32,000 nt of DNA from Bdellovibrionales bacterium (lineage in GTDB: Bacteria; Bdellovibrionota; Bdellovibrionia; Bdellovibrionales; UBA1609), in contig OY843585.1 of the NCBI GenBank assembly GCA_963692945.1, forward strand, positions 1,529,449 to 1,561,448. The letters run 5' to 3'. Positions 15,288 to 25,060 of this stretch are shown here, piece after piece. Each line of letters opens with the position of its first letter. The stretch's first letter is position 1. The position numbers were made by a program, and so were the translations under genes. A model generated the notes under the pieces. The model worked only from the letters and a program-made list of their open reading frames with translations. It did no database searches and had not been told where the DNA came from.

Positions 15288-17959
15288 CTTTCACAAACAC
15301 TTGTATCTCTTGGAAAAGGAAAAAATTTTCCTTTTTCTATAGAAGATATGTAATTTTTTATTTTAGAATTAGATTCCTTAAAAGAATCATTTAAAACTTT
15401 CCTACTAAATTTAATCTGACTTCTTTTAAAAAAACTATAAACTGAAGAACTTTCTTTTTCTACATATCCCTTATACGAGAAATCCTTATAACCATAATAA
15501 AATAAACCAGAAACTTTAGAACTATTAACACCTTCCACTAAACCTTTTTCTAAGGCTTGAGCATACAGGAGCAGTTGAAAGTCATCCTTACTATCCGAAA
15601 TCCAAGATTTAATATGTCTTAAACTATTGACAGAAGCTTTGTAATCTATCAATAAATAAGAGTTATCATCTTCATTATAATCGATACGATCAATTATTCC
15701 TGTAAAAGGATAATCCCCCTTTGCATCAAGCTCAGATGTTTTTTTATTCCAATAAGCTTTAAATTTTTTTTCAAGCTCTATAGGTTTTACACCTCCTATA
15801 TCCTCTCTTTTGTTACGTTCATTATCTAAAAATTCAAAAACTATTTTTTTAAAAAAGTTTTTAATGATTTCCCAATACTTTTCATTAATGATGATTTCTT
15901 CCGAAGGTTTTATACCTTCAATAATCTCTTTTACTCTCTCTTCAGAAACATCCAGAGATTCTTCCAGCAAAATCTGTTTAAATAATTTATGAACTAAAGA
16001 ACCCATATCTAAAGGAGAGATTTCTCTATCTATAACATTCAAATCATCAACATAAAAAAGATATTTAGCAGCATATTTAAAAGGACATGCTCCAAACTCT
16101 TTCAATCGACTATTAGAAAAACGAACTTCCCCCTTAGGATAATAAGCTTGTTTTTCACTCTCTAAAGCCTGCTCTATATTTTGAATAAAATTTGAATTTT
16201 TATTTAGAATGAGATTCACTTGTTTTTGTTGTTTCTGACTATCCCAAGATGTTAAATATTTATCTAATTTATTAGATTCTTCTATTTTAAAAAGAGTGTC
16301 AGATAGAATATAAAATAGAGAAGGCGTTAGAGTATCCCCTAAAAAGTTGGCTGAAGAAAAACTAAAAATCACTTCTTTTAACTGAGAAGATTGCAAAAAC
16401 CAAAGCAAACCATATTCCCTCTCCTTAGGATGAGGGCAAGAAAGAGTAAAACCTAAATCAGAAATAAGAGATTCTCTATCTTTATGAGTCAAACCTATAG
16501 AAGATGGAACTCGTAAAGAATCTTCATCCAGTCCCATGATAAAAACATATTTCCCTCTAATAGAATCCATAGCATTAAAACTTAAACAAGAGATTCCTCT
16601 TGAAGGTTCTTCTAAAATAGACTTCGTTTTTAATAAAACTTCAGATTCTAAAAGCCTTAACCAAGATATCCACATGAGTTCTGCTTCTAAAGGAAAAGAT
16701 TGAAAACTTTGAAGAATAAAATCTGAAATAGAATCATCTTCTTTTGGTAAAAAAGACAATGCCCATTCTATAAATTCCCTGCCCTTCACTTTTTCGTAAG
16801 GATTTCTTCTTTTATCTATTTTTAGAATCTTATTCAATTTCTTTTCGTTAGAAACTTTAAAGTAATTAGAAAAAAAATGAGAAAAAGATCTTTTTGTATT
16901 TTTATAAAAAAAATGTTCTTCTAATTTAGAAAAATTTGAAGACCCTATATATAAATTCAAACTCGCCAACCAATGTTTTATATAAGTAAAATCTGAAATA
17001 GAAGCTGTAGATCCTTTTTTAACTTTTATATTTTCTTTTTCTAAATGAACTTGAAGAGCCACCCAATAGGATTCTATATTAGGAGATAACAAAACAATCT
17101 CATCTTCTTCCACCCCTTGATCTAACCACTGACGCACTTGAAATGTAGCTTTTTTAACTTCCTCTAATTGAGTTCCATTTTTTTCTTTAAAAAAAATAGG
17201 AATGTTTTTTTGAATAGAAGGAATCACTTCAACACAAGAAGAAGGTGTTTCTTCTAAAAGTTTTTTATAAACCTCTATGGAATCCCCATAAAATTCTTTT
17301 TTTTCTAAATCAGGAATTAAAAAAGTCACATCTACTTTTAAAGAAATTTCTTTTAAAATAAAAATATCACATGGATCTAAAAACACACCTAAATCAACCC
17401 TAATTTTCTTTTTTGAAAAAAAGGAATCCTTTACACTTGATAATTCACTCATTAAAAAACTTTTCAAACCAGATTCATGAATAATTTTTCTGGAACTCAT
17501 TTCTGTGAAAAAATCTTGACATAAATAATACCAGTGTTTCCATCTTAAAGAAGCTGACTCATCCTTAGCTTCAAACCACTCCTCTAATAATTCAGAATTT
17601 TTAGGATGAAATAAAATAGGTAGAAATTGTTCTAGATAAGAAAGAAGTAATTCGGAATTATGTAAATTTTTTGCCCATGATTTAGAATGACTTGATGTGA
17701 ACTCTAAAAAAACTTCAGCTAAAAAATGATCCGATACCAAATTCCACCCTGGTTTAATATCATAAAAAAGATTCTCAAAAAATTCATGAATTCTTAAAAC
17801 AGAATTATTTTCTAAATAATTTTTTTTATCTAATAAACACTTCTCTACAGATGATTTTGTTTTGATATCTGAAATAATTAAGCATTCTTCCTGAAAATCA
17901 AAACGAGATAAAGCATTCCATCTTTGAAAAGGATCTTTTATTTTAATAATTTTTATCAA
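15245..17959 (-). CDS. addB: AddB-type helicase-nuclease subunit (PD-(D/E)XK nuclease with an Fe-S cluster cysteine set and no N-terminal P-loop)
   Basis: 904 aa. C-terminal nuclease motifs: GSLVHKLF, GIIDRID, LIDYKAS, QLLLYAQAL. Four Cys lie in the AddB Fe-S arrangement: GACPFKY, then CESCSWRKWC at the extreme C-terminus. The addB-then-addA order matches canonical addBA operons. The start is TTG at 17959, preceded by GAGGAAG at 7-nt spacing. I see no GxxGxGK[ST] in the N-terminal region. Confidence 0.78.
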   Translation of the reverse strand: MIKIIKIKDPFQRWNALSRFDFQEECLIISDIKTKSSVEKCLLDKKNYLENNSVLRIHEFFENLFYDIKPGWNLVSDHFLAEVFLEFTSSHSKSWAKNLHNSELLLSYLEQFLPILFHPKNSELLEEWFEAKDESASLRWKHWYYLCQDFFTEMSSRKIIHESGLKSFLMSELSSVKDSFFSKKKIRVDLGVFLDPCDIFILKEISLKVDVTFLIPDLEKKEFYGDSIEVYKKLLEETPSSCVEVIPSIQKNIPIFFKEKNGTQLEEVKKATFQVRQWLDQGVEEDEIVLLSPNIESYWVALQVHLEKENIKVKKGSTASISDFTYIKHWLASLNLYIGSSNFSKLEEHFFYKNTKRSFSHFFSNYFKVSNEKKLNKILKIDKRRNPYEKVKGREFIEWALSFLPKEDDSISDFILQSFQSFPLEAELMWISWLRLLESEVLLKTKSILEEPSRGISCLSFNAMDSIRGKYVFIMGLDEDSLRVPSSIGLTHKDRESLISDLGFTLSCPHPKEREYGLLWFLQSSQLKEVIFSFSSANFLGDTLTPSLFYILSDTLFKIEESNKLDKYLTSWDSQKQQKQVNLILNKNSNFIQNIEQALESEKQAYYPKGEVRFSNSRLKEFGACPFKYAAKYLFYVDDLNVIDREISPLDMGSLVHKLFKQILLEESLDVSEERVKEIIEGIKPSEEIIINEKYWEIIKNFFKKIVFEFLDNERNKREDIGGVKPIELEKKFKAYWNKKTSELDAKGDYPFTGIIDRIDYNEDDNSYLLIDYKASVNSLRHIKSWISDSKDDFQLLLYAQALEKGLVEGVNSSKVSGLFYYGYKDFSYKGYVEKESSSVYSFFKRSQIKFSRKVLNDSFKESNSKIKNYISSIEKGKFFPFPRDTSVCESCSWRKWCRASHLN

Positions 17960-17969
17960 AAATCTTCCT

Positions 17970-18569
17970 CTATTCCTTGATCTCTTCTTTAAGATTCATA
18001 AGCATCTTCTCTACTTGTTGTTTTAAAGACTTAATATCTCCATCATTTAAAATAATAAAATCCACTAAATCTAACACACTTGCTTCTTTAACTTGAACAC
18101 TCCATCTTAAATAAATTTCTTCTTCTTTAAACCCTTTTTTCTTTAATCTTTTAAGACTTAATTTTTCTGGACACTGAACTAGAATAACATGGTCAAATCT
18201 GTCCTTAAAATTCTCTTGCGAAAGAAGTGGAACTTCATAAAAAACAACTTTTTTAGAGTTTTTCTTTTGCTCTTCTACAAAATCTTCAAACCCCTTTCGG
18301 ACAAGTGGATGTATAATTTTTTCTACCTCTCTTAATTGATTCTTATTTTGAAAGAGCTTTTGAGCTAAAAGTCTCCTATCCAAAGAATCTTTTGTGATAA
18401 AAGAAGTCCCTAAAACCTCGATTAAGCCCTTAAAATAAGGACTTTTAAGATCCAAAAGACCTCTAGCAAACTGATCGGCTTTGAAAGTCGCATAACCTTT
18501 AGACCTTATAAAATCTAAGACACAGCTTTTTCCAGCTCCCATACGACCTGTTATAAGGACAGTAACCAT
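17970..18569 (-). CDS. coaE: Dephospho-CoA kinase
   Basis: 199 aa. It has the P-loop ITGRMGAGKS near the N-terminus, family-like IHPLV and EVPLL segments, and the size typical of CoaE. Confidence 0.88.
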   Translation of the reverse strand: MVTVLITGRMGAGKSCVLDFIRSKGYATFKADQFARGLLDLKSPYFKGLIEVLGTSFITKDSLDRRLLAQKLFQNKNQLREVEKIIHPLVRKGFEDFVEEQKKNSKKVVFYEVPLLSQENFKDRFDHVILVQCPEKLSLKRLKKKGFKEEEIYLRWSVQVKEASVLDLVDFIILNDGDIKSLKQQVEKMLMNLKEEIKE

Positions 18570-18689
18570 ATACTTCTACCTTTCTCTAAGAAGATTAACT
18601 TAACATTAAAATTCATCATTGTAAGATGATTTTTTTTAAAGTCTTAAAGAAATAAAGCCGATAAATCTATTAAAAAAGGATCTATAATA

Positions 18690-20612
18690 ATGTTTAAACC
18701 CTTTGGAAAATATACAATATTAAAAAAAATAGCTTCAGGAGGTATGGCTGAAATTTTTCTAGCCTCCGACTTAAGCCCTACTGGGATAGCTCGATTTGTT
18801 GTTATCAAAAGAGCCCTTGCTCAATACTCTGATAACAAAGAATTCAGAGATATGTTCAAAAATGAAGGTAAAGTGGCCTGTAACCTTAAACACAGAAATA
18901 TAGCTCCTATTTATGAGTTTGGAATTGATAGTAATCAATTCTATCTGGCTATGGAATATATCTCTGGAAGAAATTTAAGAGAACTCGTTAAAAAACTACG
19001 AAACTTAAAAAAGTTTGTAGATATTCGTTACGCTGTTTATATTATTAAAGAAGTCGCTTCAGGCTTAAACTATGCTCATAATGCTATAGAATCTAGTACT
19101 GGTCAGCCTTTGAATTTAATCCATAGAGATATCAGCCCTCAAAATATCATGTTGAGTTTTGATGGAGAAATACGAATTATTGATTTTGGTATTTCTAAAA
19201 TCTCTGATACCGACTTAACTCATGCTGGGCATCTAAAAGGTAAATTTAGCTATATGAGTCCAGAACAAGCCCGAGGAGAAGTCATTGATGGACGAACAGA
19301 TATTTTTTGTTTAGGAATCATGCTTTGGGAATTATTATCTGGTCAAAGATTATTTTCTGCTAAAGATGAAATAAATGCTCTTAAAAAAATCAGATCATGC
19401 CATGTTCCAGATATCAGAAAAATAAATCCAAAAATTCCAAAACAGCTCGCTGATATAGTGAATCAAGCTCTTCATAAAAACAAAAATTTAAGAACTAAAA
19501 CAGCAGCCACATTAGAAAAAGAATTAAATATTTTTTTAAACAAACAATACCCTGAATTTTCTCAATACGACTTCATGCATTTTGTTAAAGAAATTTATTC
19601 TAAAGAAATTATAGGAGAAAGAGAGCAACTCAAAAAATACTCTAAAGAGTATAAAAATTATATCAACAAATTAAATACTGAGAATGATTTTCAAGTTAAA
19701 TTGGGACCAAATTCACTTAACGATCAATTAGACATTCCTAACATTGACTCTCTTCAAGCAAACATTTTTTCCGACAAACAAGAATCTTTAACTAAAACAC
19801 AAAAGGTAACAGGAGATCTATCTGACTATGTCACTTTCACTCAATCTAAAGCAAACGAACCAGATTCTACAGAAACTCCTGAGCAAGAAAACACTGTCCT
19901 ATTAAAAGGAAAGAATTATGATACAACTAAAATCAATGAAAATCATCTCAATGAAGAAACATCTAAAAACGACCAAACGAAAACTGAAACCCCTAGTCAT
20001 TCAAAAAATAATATAAATTTTGACATTATTAAAGATGATAAAGTGGGTTTATCAGCATACTCAAATGCAATGACAACAAAAAATTCAAAACTCAAAAATT
20101 ATACATCAAGTTATAAATCACAAAAAAGTTTATCACAAATTCATACCATTGAAAAAGCTACCAAAACAATTAAAAATACAGTAGCTTTTATTTTGATTTT
20201 CTCTATTGGATTTAGTGTTTTCTATGCATTTAAAAATAAAGAAAAAATTATTTATTCTAAAAAATTAGATAAATTTTTTATTAAAGAACCTAAGCCTCAA
20301 CCTCAACACACTACACAAAAAGATAGCCCTAAAACACAACGTGATATTGGAAATATTTCTATAAAAAGTATCTGGGTGCAAACAAAACCTTCAGGAGCTA
20401 CGATCTATATAAACAAAACACCTATTGCTAACACTCCAACCAAAATAAATATTAACTTAAAAGAGATTAACAAATTAACCATTTATAAAGCAGGTTACCA
20501 TTCCAAATCCATTTTAAAAAATCAAATTTATAAGTTAAAGAATTCTTTATATATAACTCTTCAAAAAAAACAAAAGAAAAGAAAACCTAGCAATGTGACT
20601 ATTATTAGATAA
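18690..20612 (+). CDS. Hanks-type Ser/Thr protein kinase with a low-complexity linker, one TM helix and a C-terminal PEGA domain
   Basis: 640 aa.
- Kinase motifs: G-loop IASGGMAEIF, VVIKR lysine, catalytic loop HRDISPQNIM, DFGISK, SYMSPEQ.
- TM helix VAFILIFSIGFSVFYAF, about nt 20181-20234.
- PEGA-like IWVQTKPSGATIYINKTPIANTP...LTIYKAGYHSKS, about nt 20355-20564.
SD AGGA lies 11 nt upstream of the ATG. Confidence 0.9.
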   Translation: MFKPFGKYTILKKIASGGMAEIFLASDLSPTGIARFVVIKRALAQYSDNKEFRDMFKNEGKVACNLKHRNIAPIYEFGIDSNQFYLAMEYISGRNLRELVKKLRNLKKFVDIRYAVYIIKEVASGLNYAHNAIESSTGQPLNLIHRDISPQNIMLSFDGEIRIIDFGISKISDTDLTHAGHLKGKFSYMSPEQARGEVIDGRTDIFCLGIMLWELLSGQRLFSAKDEINALKKIRSCHVPDIRKINPKIPKQLADIVNQALHKNKNLRTKTAATLEKELNIFLNKQYPEFSQYDFMHFVKEIYSKEIIGEREQLKKYSKEYKNYINKLNTENDFQVKLGPNSLNDQLDIPNIDSLQANIFSDKQESLTKTQKVTGDLSDYVTFTQSKANEPDSTETPEQENTVLLKGKNYDTTKINENHLNEETSKNDQTKTETPSHSKNNINFDIIKDDKVGLSAYSNAMTTKNSKLKNYTSSYKSQKSLSQIHTIEKATKTIKNTVAFILIFSIGFSVFYAFKNKEKIIYSKKLDKFFIKEPKPQPQHTTQKDSPKTQRDIGNISIKSIWVQTKPSGATIYINKTPIANTPTKININLKEINKLTIYKAGYHSKSILKNQIYKLKNSLYITLQKKQKKRKPSNVTIIR

Positions 20613-20682
20613 CACTCATTGATTTTTCTTAGTTCAATAATAATTCTTTTCTATAATTAAAAAATGAGAAAAAGGATTAACT

Positions 20683-22128
20683 TTAAACCATATCTTCATC
20701 AGAAAAATCTAGATTAGATTCAAAAGGAGAAGTGGATATATCATCTAAAGAATTATCCTCTTTTTTAGAATCTTCTTTCCAATCTATAGAAATTTGATTA
20801 TCTAACATAGGATTTTCTTTAATTGTTTTTTCACCTTCCTGATACTCCTTAGCTTTTAAAAGCAACTTATCCCTTAAATTCATACTATCACTCTCACTAG
20901 AAGATTTAGATTCTTCAACCTCAACATTTTCTTCTGGATGAGTTTCCACAGCCTCTTTGATAATTACAGGAGAATTTTCTTCTGGATGAGTTTCCACAGC
21001 CTCTTTGATAATTACAGGAGAATTTTCTTCTTTAATTTCATCACAAGAATCTTCATCATTAGACACTTTATCTATTTCCATTGATTCCAATCCTTCATCC
21101 ATTTCCAAATTAGGTTTTTCTTTTAAAATTTTAGCAAGAGAACCAACTCTATCTTCCTCATTAACATTCTCTTCAAAACCTGTTGCTATAAGAGTAATAC
21201 TCAAACGGTCTTCCATAGATTCATCAATCACAGCACCAACAATAATATCAGCCTCTGGGTCTACAATTTTTGTCAAACAAGAGGTTGCCTGATTCACTTC
21301 TGTTAAAGATAAATCTTTACCACCCGTAATATTCACAATCATTCCTTTTGAACCCTTAATGGAAACTTCACTTAATAACGGAGAAGAAATAGCTTGTGAA
21401 ACGGCTTCAACAGCTCTGTTTTCTCCTCTAGCCACTCCAATACTCATAAGAGCCATACCCTTATCAGACATAACTGTTTTGACATCAGCAAAATCTAAAT
21501 TGATTAAACCTTTAACACTCACTAATTCTGCTATTCCTTTTACTGCCTGTAATAAAATTTCATCTGTTTTTTCAAAACTCTGAAGTAATGGTGTATTTTT
21601 ATCAGAAATACTTAATAGTTTATCATTAGGTATAGTGATTAAAGTATCCACATATTTTTTTAAATCTGAAATAGAAGCATCAGCATATTTTCTCCGCTTA
21701 TTGCCTTCAAAAAGAAATGGATAAGTCACAATACCCACTGTCAAGATACCTAGCTCTCTAGCCACTTCAGCAACAACAGGAGATCCACCTGACCCTGTTC
21801 CACCTCCCATTCCAGCTGTTATAAAAACCATATCTGCACCTTTTAATTTTTCAATAATTTCTTCATAAGATTCCATAGCAGAACGACGACCTATTTCAGG
21901 ATTAGCCCCTGCACCTAAACCTTTTGTCAATTTTTCTCCTAATTGAATTTTCACTTCTGCGGAAGAAGAAGATAAAGCTTGAGCATCTGTATTGACAGCA
22001 ATGAATGTAACACCTTGAATATCTGCTTTAATCATGGTTTCAATAGCATTATTACCTCCTCCACCAACTCCTATAATACGAATATCTGCTTTTAAATTTT
22101 CACTTACGTCATCATCAACTAAAAACAT
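20683..22128 (-). CDS. ftsZ: Cell division GTPase FtsZ with a long acidic C-terminal linker
   Basis: 481 aa. Motifs: [16 protein letters not shown], the tubulin signature [15 protein letters not shown], and NLDFADV. The roughly 160-aa tail is rich in E, D and S. Confidence 0.97.
   Translation of the reverse strand: MFLVDDDVSENLKADIRIIGVGGGGNNAIETMIKADIQGVTFIAVNTDAQALSSSSAEVKIQLGEKLTKGLGAGANPEIGRRSAMESYEEIIEKLKGADMVFITAGMGGGTGSGGSPVVAEVARELGILTVGIVTYPFLFEGNKRRKYADASISDLKKYVDTLITIPNDKLLSISDKNTPLLQSFEKTDEILLQAVKGIAELVSVKGLINLDFADVKTVMSDKGMALMSIGVARGENRAVEAVSQAISSPLLSEVSIKGSKGMIVNITGGKDLSLTEVNQATSCLTKIVDPEADIIVGAVIDESMEDRLSITLIATGFEENVNEEDRVGSLAKILKEKPNLEMDEGLESMEIDKVSNDEDSCDEIKEENSPVIIKEAVETHPEENSPVIIKEAVETHPEENVEVEESKSSSESDSMNLRDKLLLKAKEYQEGEKTIKENPMLDNQISIDWKEDSKKEDNSLDDISTSPFESNLDFSDEDMV
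20926..21031. repeat. Perfect in-frame tandem duplication, 48-bp unit x 2.2, inside the ftsZ C-terminal linker
   Basis: 20926-20973 and 20974-21021 are identical base for base (attttcttctggatgagtttccacagcctctttgataattacaggaga). The next 10 nt repeat again. The encoded peptide is [16 protein letters not shown] x2, then EEN. Confidence 0.97.
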
Positions 22129-22133
22129 AACTA

Positions 22134-22140
22134 CCTCCTC
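22134..22140 (-). promoter_or_regulatory. Shine-Dalgarno site of ftsZ
   Basis: The minus strand reads AGAGGAGGTAGTTATG. GAGGAGG lies 5 nt upstream of the ftsZ ATG (22128), within the 18-nt ftsA-ftsZ gap. Confidence 0.75.
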
Positions 22141-22146
22141 TGGTTT

Positions 22147-23337
22147 TTAAAACAAATCTCTTAATTTCGACCACTTTGAATGAAACAAATCCTGAGATTG
22201 GAATCTTTCTTTTAAATAAGCTTGTTGAGATATAGTAAAAGCATTCTGTTGTTTAAAATTCTTTTTCTTTAAATCTGTTCCTCTAGGATAGAAAACAGGT
22301 TTACCAAGATGAAATCTTGCCATTTCTAAAAACCCTGGGAAGAAAGATGTTGATCCTGTAAAAATATATCCCGAATTTATTTGATTTGTTAAATTTTTTG
22401 AATCTACATTGTGTTTAATACTTTCAAATAAATCTTTTGCAACTTCTTCTAAAATATTTACAAATTTTTTATAAGAAAAAAACAAACCTTCTCCATCAAC
22501 TTCTATTTGTTCCTCTTCACCAATAGAATAAGACTGTAAAGTTCCCCAATGTTCTTTTAATTTTTGTGCTTCAGAAGGAGATATTTTAAATTTTTTTGCT
22601 ATAGCAGAAGAAAAATGTTCTCCACCTATAGGAATACGAATCATATCTAAAGATTTTCCTTGATAGTAAGTGATGAGACGACTTGATTTATGTCCTATAT
22701 CACAAAAACAAACACCCTCTTTTTTTTGAGCCACACTCGTCAAATTTTCACCAAAAGCAATAAGATTATTTATGAAGCCTTTAGGCTTGCAACCTAAAAC
22801 TTTCAAGACTTTAGTCATATCTTGACAATAAGATCGAGGGATAGTTACCACATGAACTTCTACTTCTAGTCTCAAACCTGAAAGTCCTAAAGGATTAAAT
22901 ATCCCCTTTTTTCCATCAACACTAAACTCTTGAGGATTATTATGTAATCGAATGTGTTGATTTGGTATAGGAACAGCACAAGCCGTTTTGATCGCTAACT
23001 CTTGATCTTTTTTTGTAACTTCTCTTGAAGAAAGAGCAGCCATACCATGGGATTGAAAAGAATGAAAAGGAGTACTAAAGCCCAGAAAAACTTCAGAAAA
23101 GAAAGTGTTTGAGAGCTTTTCAGAGGCTTCTAAAACCTCGCCTACAACAGGAACAACTTCATAAAAATCAACAATTCTTCCCTCTTCTAAACCTTCACAT
23201 TCTTTTTCATAAAAAGAAATAAGTTCTAAACCATCACTTCCCTTACGAGAAACCACACACCGAATAGAAGAAGATCCAAGATCTAAGCTTGCAAGAATAT
23301 TACCATCATTGAATTTAAATCGAGCCATGTTGTCCAT
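22147..23337 (-). CDS. ftsA: Cell division protein FtsA (actin-like ATPase)
   Basis: 396 aa. Features: LASLDLGSSSIRCVV phosphate-1 motif, CFCDIGHKSSRL, an IFTGSTS adenosine-type motif, and a position between ftsQ and ftsZ. The second ATG at 23328 (MARFKF) has better SD spacing (AGGGA + 8 nt) than the first. Confidence 0.9.
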   Translation of the reverse strand: MDNMARFKFNDGNILASLDLGSSSIRCVVSRKGSDGLELISFYEKECEGLEEGRIVDFYEVVPVVGEVLEASEKLSNTFFSEVFLGFSTPFHSFQSHGMAALSSREVTKKDQELAIKTACAVPIPNQHIRLHNNPQEFSVDGKKGIFNPLGLSGLRLEVEVHVVTIPRSYCQDMTKVLKVLGCKPKGFINNLIAFGENLTSVAQKKEGVCFCDIGHKSSRLITYYQGKSLDMIRIPIGGEHFSSAIAKKFKISPSEAQKLKEHWGTLQSYSIGEEEQIEVDGEGLFFSYKKFVNILEEVAKDLFESIKHNVDSKNLTNQINSGYIFTGSTSFFPGFLEMARFHLGKPVFYPRGTDLKKKNFKQQNAFTISQQAYLKERFQSQDLFHSKWSKLRDLF

Positions 23338-23363
23338 CCCTAGTTGCTCTATATAGTTTAACT

Positions 23364-24089
23364 TTATTTAGATTTATTAACAATAATTTTTTTGTCGAAA
23401 TGAGCATCTATGTAGTATTTTGAGTGCTCTTCCTTACTCATATAATTAAGAACAAAGTTGATGTTTTGAACTTTTCTTAAATTAAGCACACCCTTCCATT
23501 CTACAATAAAATGATTAGGTATTAAGTATAGTATAAAACTATCATTTTTTTTGTTATACTTAACTTCAGAAATATTATCTGCAGTCAAAAAACCTTCTTT
23601 AGGTAAAAACAATAAAAATTCTATAATTTTTTTCCTTAACTCTTTATTTCTCCATAATTTTTTTGTTCTTAACACAGGAAAATTTAAAGGTTGATCATAA
23701 TTTAATTTATGCCTTATTTCTCCGTTATAAGAAACAGAAAAAAAATCCTTTCCATCTTTTAAAATAATAGCAACAGGATCTTCTTTCTCTAAAAAAACAA
23801 TAATACGATTAGGCAATCGACGAACAATATAAATATTACCTACTGGATATATTTTCTTTATTTCTTTTGTCATGCTTTTAAAATCTATCTTCCATATCCA
23901 TTTATCTTTATAAGTGTTTAAATGGTTTTTTATTTTATTCTTCATCTTTTTATTAACAAAAAGTTTTTTAAAAGTAGGATCTATCTTTAACTCTATAGAA
24001 TCAATTTGTGAAAAATGAAAAAAACCAAAATAAAAAATGAGAGTAAAAAAAATCAGAAAAAAAATTTTTTGAATAAAATTAAGTATCAC
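23364..24089 (-). CDS. ftsQ: Cell division protein FtsQ (single N-terminal TM segment plus POTRA-type domain)
   Basis: 241 aa with an N-terminal hydrophobic anchor (IFFLIFFTLIFYFGFFHF). Its size and its position between ddl and ftsA are canonical. Sequence conservation in this family is low, so the call rests largely on context. Confidence 0.72.
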   Translation of the reverse strand: MILNFIQKIFFLIFFTLIFYFGFFHFSQIDSIELKIDPTFKKLFVNKKMKNKIKNHLNTYKDKWIWKIDFKSMTKEIKKIYPVGNIYIVRRLPNRIIVFLEKEDPVAIILKDGKDFFSVSYNGEIRHKLNYDQPLNFPVLRTKKLWRNKELRKKIIEFLLFLPKEGFLTADNISEVKYNKKNDSFILYLIPNHFIVEWKGVLNLRKVQNINFVLNYMSKEEHSKYYIDAHFDKKIIVNKSK

Positions 24090-24139
24090 CTTTATAAAAC
24101 CTTACAATCCTTTTTCAAAAGAATATTCTCACATTATTT

Positions 24140-25060
24140 TTATTCATTCTTATAGTCCATTCTTGCCTGATCAATAATTTTTTGAATGAGCTTATTAAAT
24201 TCAATATTATCATAAGCAGCACTTTTAGGTAATAAAGATGTCATCGTCAAACCAGGAAGTGTATTGACCTCAAGTAACCAAGGAGTTTTTCCATCTTGTA
24301 CAAGAAAATCTACACGACCATAACTTCTTAAACCTACAAGTAAAAATACTTTTTTTGCAATACGTTTGATTTTTTCTAAAACAAAAGCATCTAATTTTGG
24401 AGGAATATGATACTGAGATTGGCCTTTTTCATACTTTCTTTTATAGTCATAAAATCCACCTTTAGGAATCACTTCTAAAGGTGTCAGAATTTGACCATCC
24501 AAGTAAGAAACAGCAATTTCTTGACCAGAAGGAATATAATTTTCAATAAAAACAAACCGACCTATTTCTCTCGCTTTTTTAATAGCTAGTGTTAAAGATT
24601 TTAAATCTTTAACAATATAAGTCCCTAATGTAGATCCTCCATGAGAAGCTTTAACAATAACAGGATATTTAGTTATCTTTTTAGAATTCCAACTCTTATC
24701 AATAATTTCAAAATCTGGAGTGGCTATATGATTTTGAACTAAAAGCTTTTTAAAAAACACTTTATCCATACAAAGAGCACTCGTTAAAACTCCACTTCCT
24801 GTATAAGGAATAGATAAAAATTCACATAGAGATTGCACACAACCATCTTCTCCATAAATTCCATGAACCGCTAAAAAAGCAACATCTGGTTTTTTAGCTA
24901 ACAAAACACTTGGAAGATTATCATCTGCTTCTACAAGAAAATAGGAATAAGATAACTGATCTAAGGCTTTCGCAACACTCTGAGATGTTTTTATACTGAT
25001 TTCACTTTCAAAACCCTTACCTTTATAAATCACTGCTATTGTTTTTTTCTGAGTTTTCAT
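24140..25060 (-). CDS. ddl: D-alanine--D-alanine ligase
   Basis: Motifs: HGIYGEDGCVQSLCEFLSIPYTGSGVLTSALCMDK, VKASHGGST, GRVDFLV and LEVNTLPGLT. I place the start at ATG 25060: it forms an ATGA overlap with the murB TGA (25057-25059) and has AAGGA 9 nt upstream. The track's longer ORF begins at TTG 25078. Confidence 0.9.
   Translation of the reverse strand: MKTQKKTIAVIYKGKGFESEISIKTSQSVAKALDQLSYSYFLVEADDNLPSVLLAKKPDVAFLAVHGIYGEDGCVQSLCEFLSIPYTGSGVLTSALCMDKVFFKKLLVQNHIATPDFEIIDKSWNSKKITKYPVIVKASHGGSTLGTYIVKDLKSLTLAIKKAREIGRFVFIENYIPSGQEIAVSYLDGQILTPLEVIPKGGFYDYKRKYEKGQSQYHIPPKLDAFVLEKIKRIAKKVFLLVGLRSYGRVDFLVQDGKTPWLLEVNTLPGLTMTSLLPKSAAYDNIEFNKLIQKIIDQARMDYKNE

Noticed and set aside
18608-18637. 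Hairpin-like TCATC-N7-GATGA followed by T8 in the coaE / kinase divergent intergenic region, resembling a small intrinsic terminator
   Set aside because: The stem is only 5 bp plus A:T extensions. There is no upstream gene on either strand for it to terminate, because both flanking genes are transcribed away from it. It is probably just an A/T-rich promoter-region sequence.
21005-21583. Two plus-strand ORFs (21005-21292 and 21359-21583) antisense to ftsZ
   Set aside because: Both lie entirely inside the highly conserved ftsZ coding region. They have Ser/Ile-rich low-complexity translations, no RBS and no recognisable motifs, so they are typical antisense shadow ORFs.
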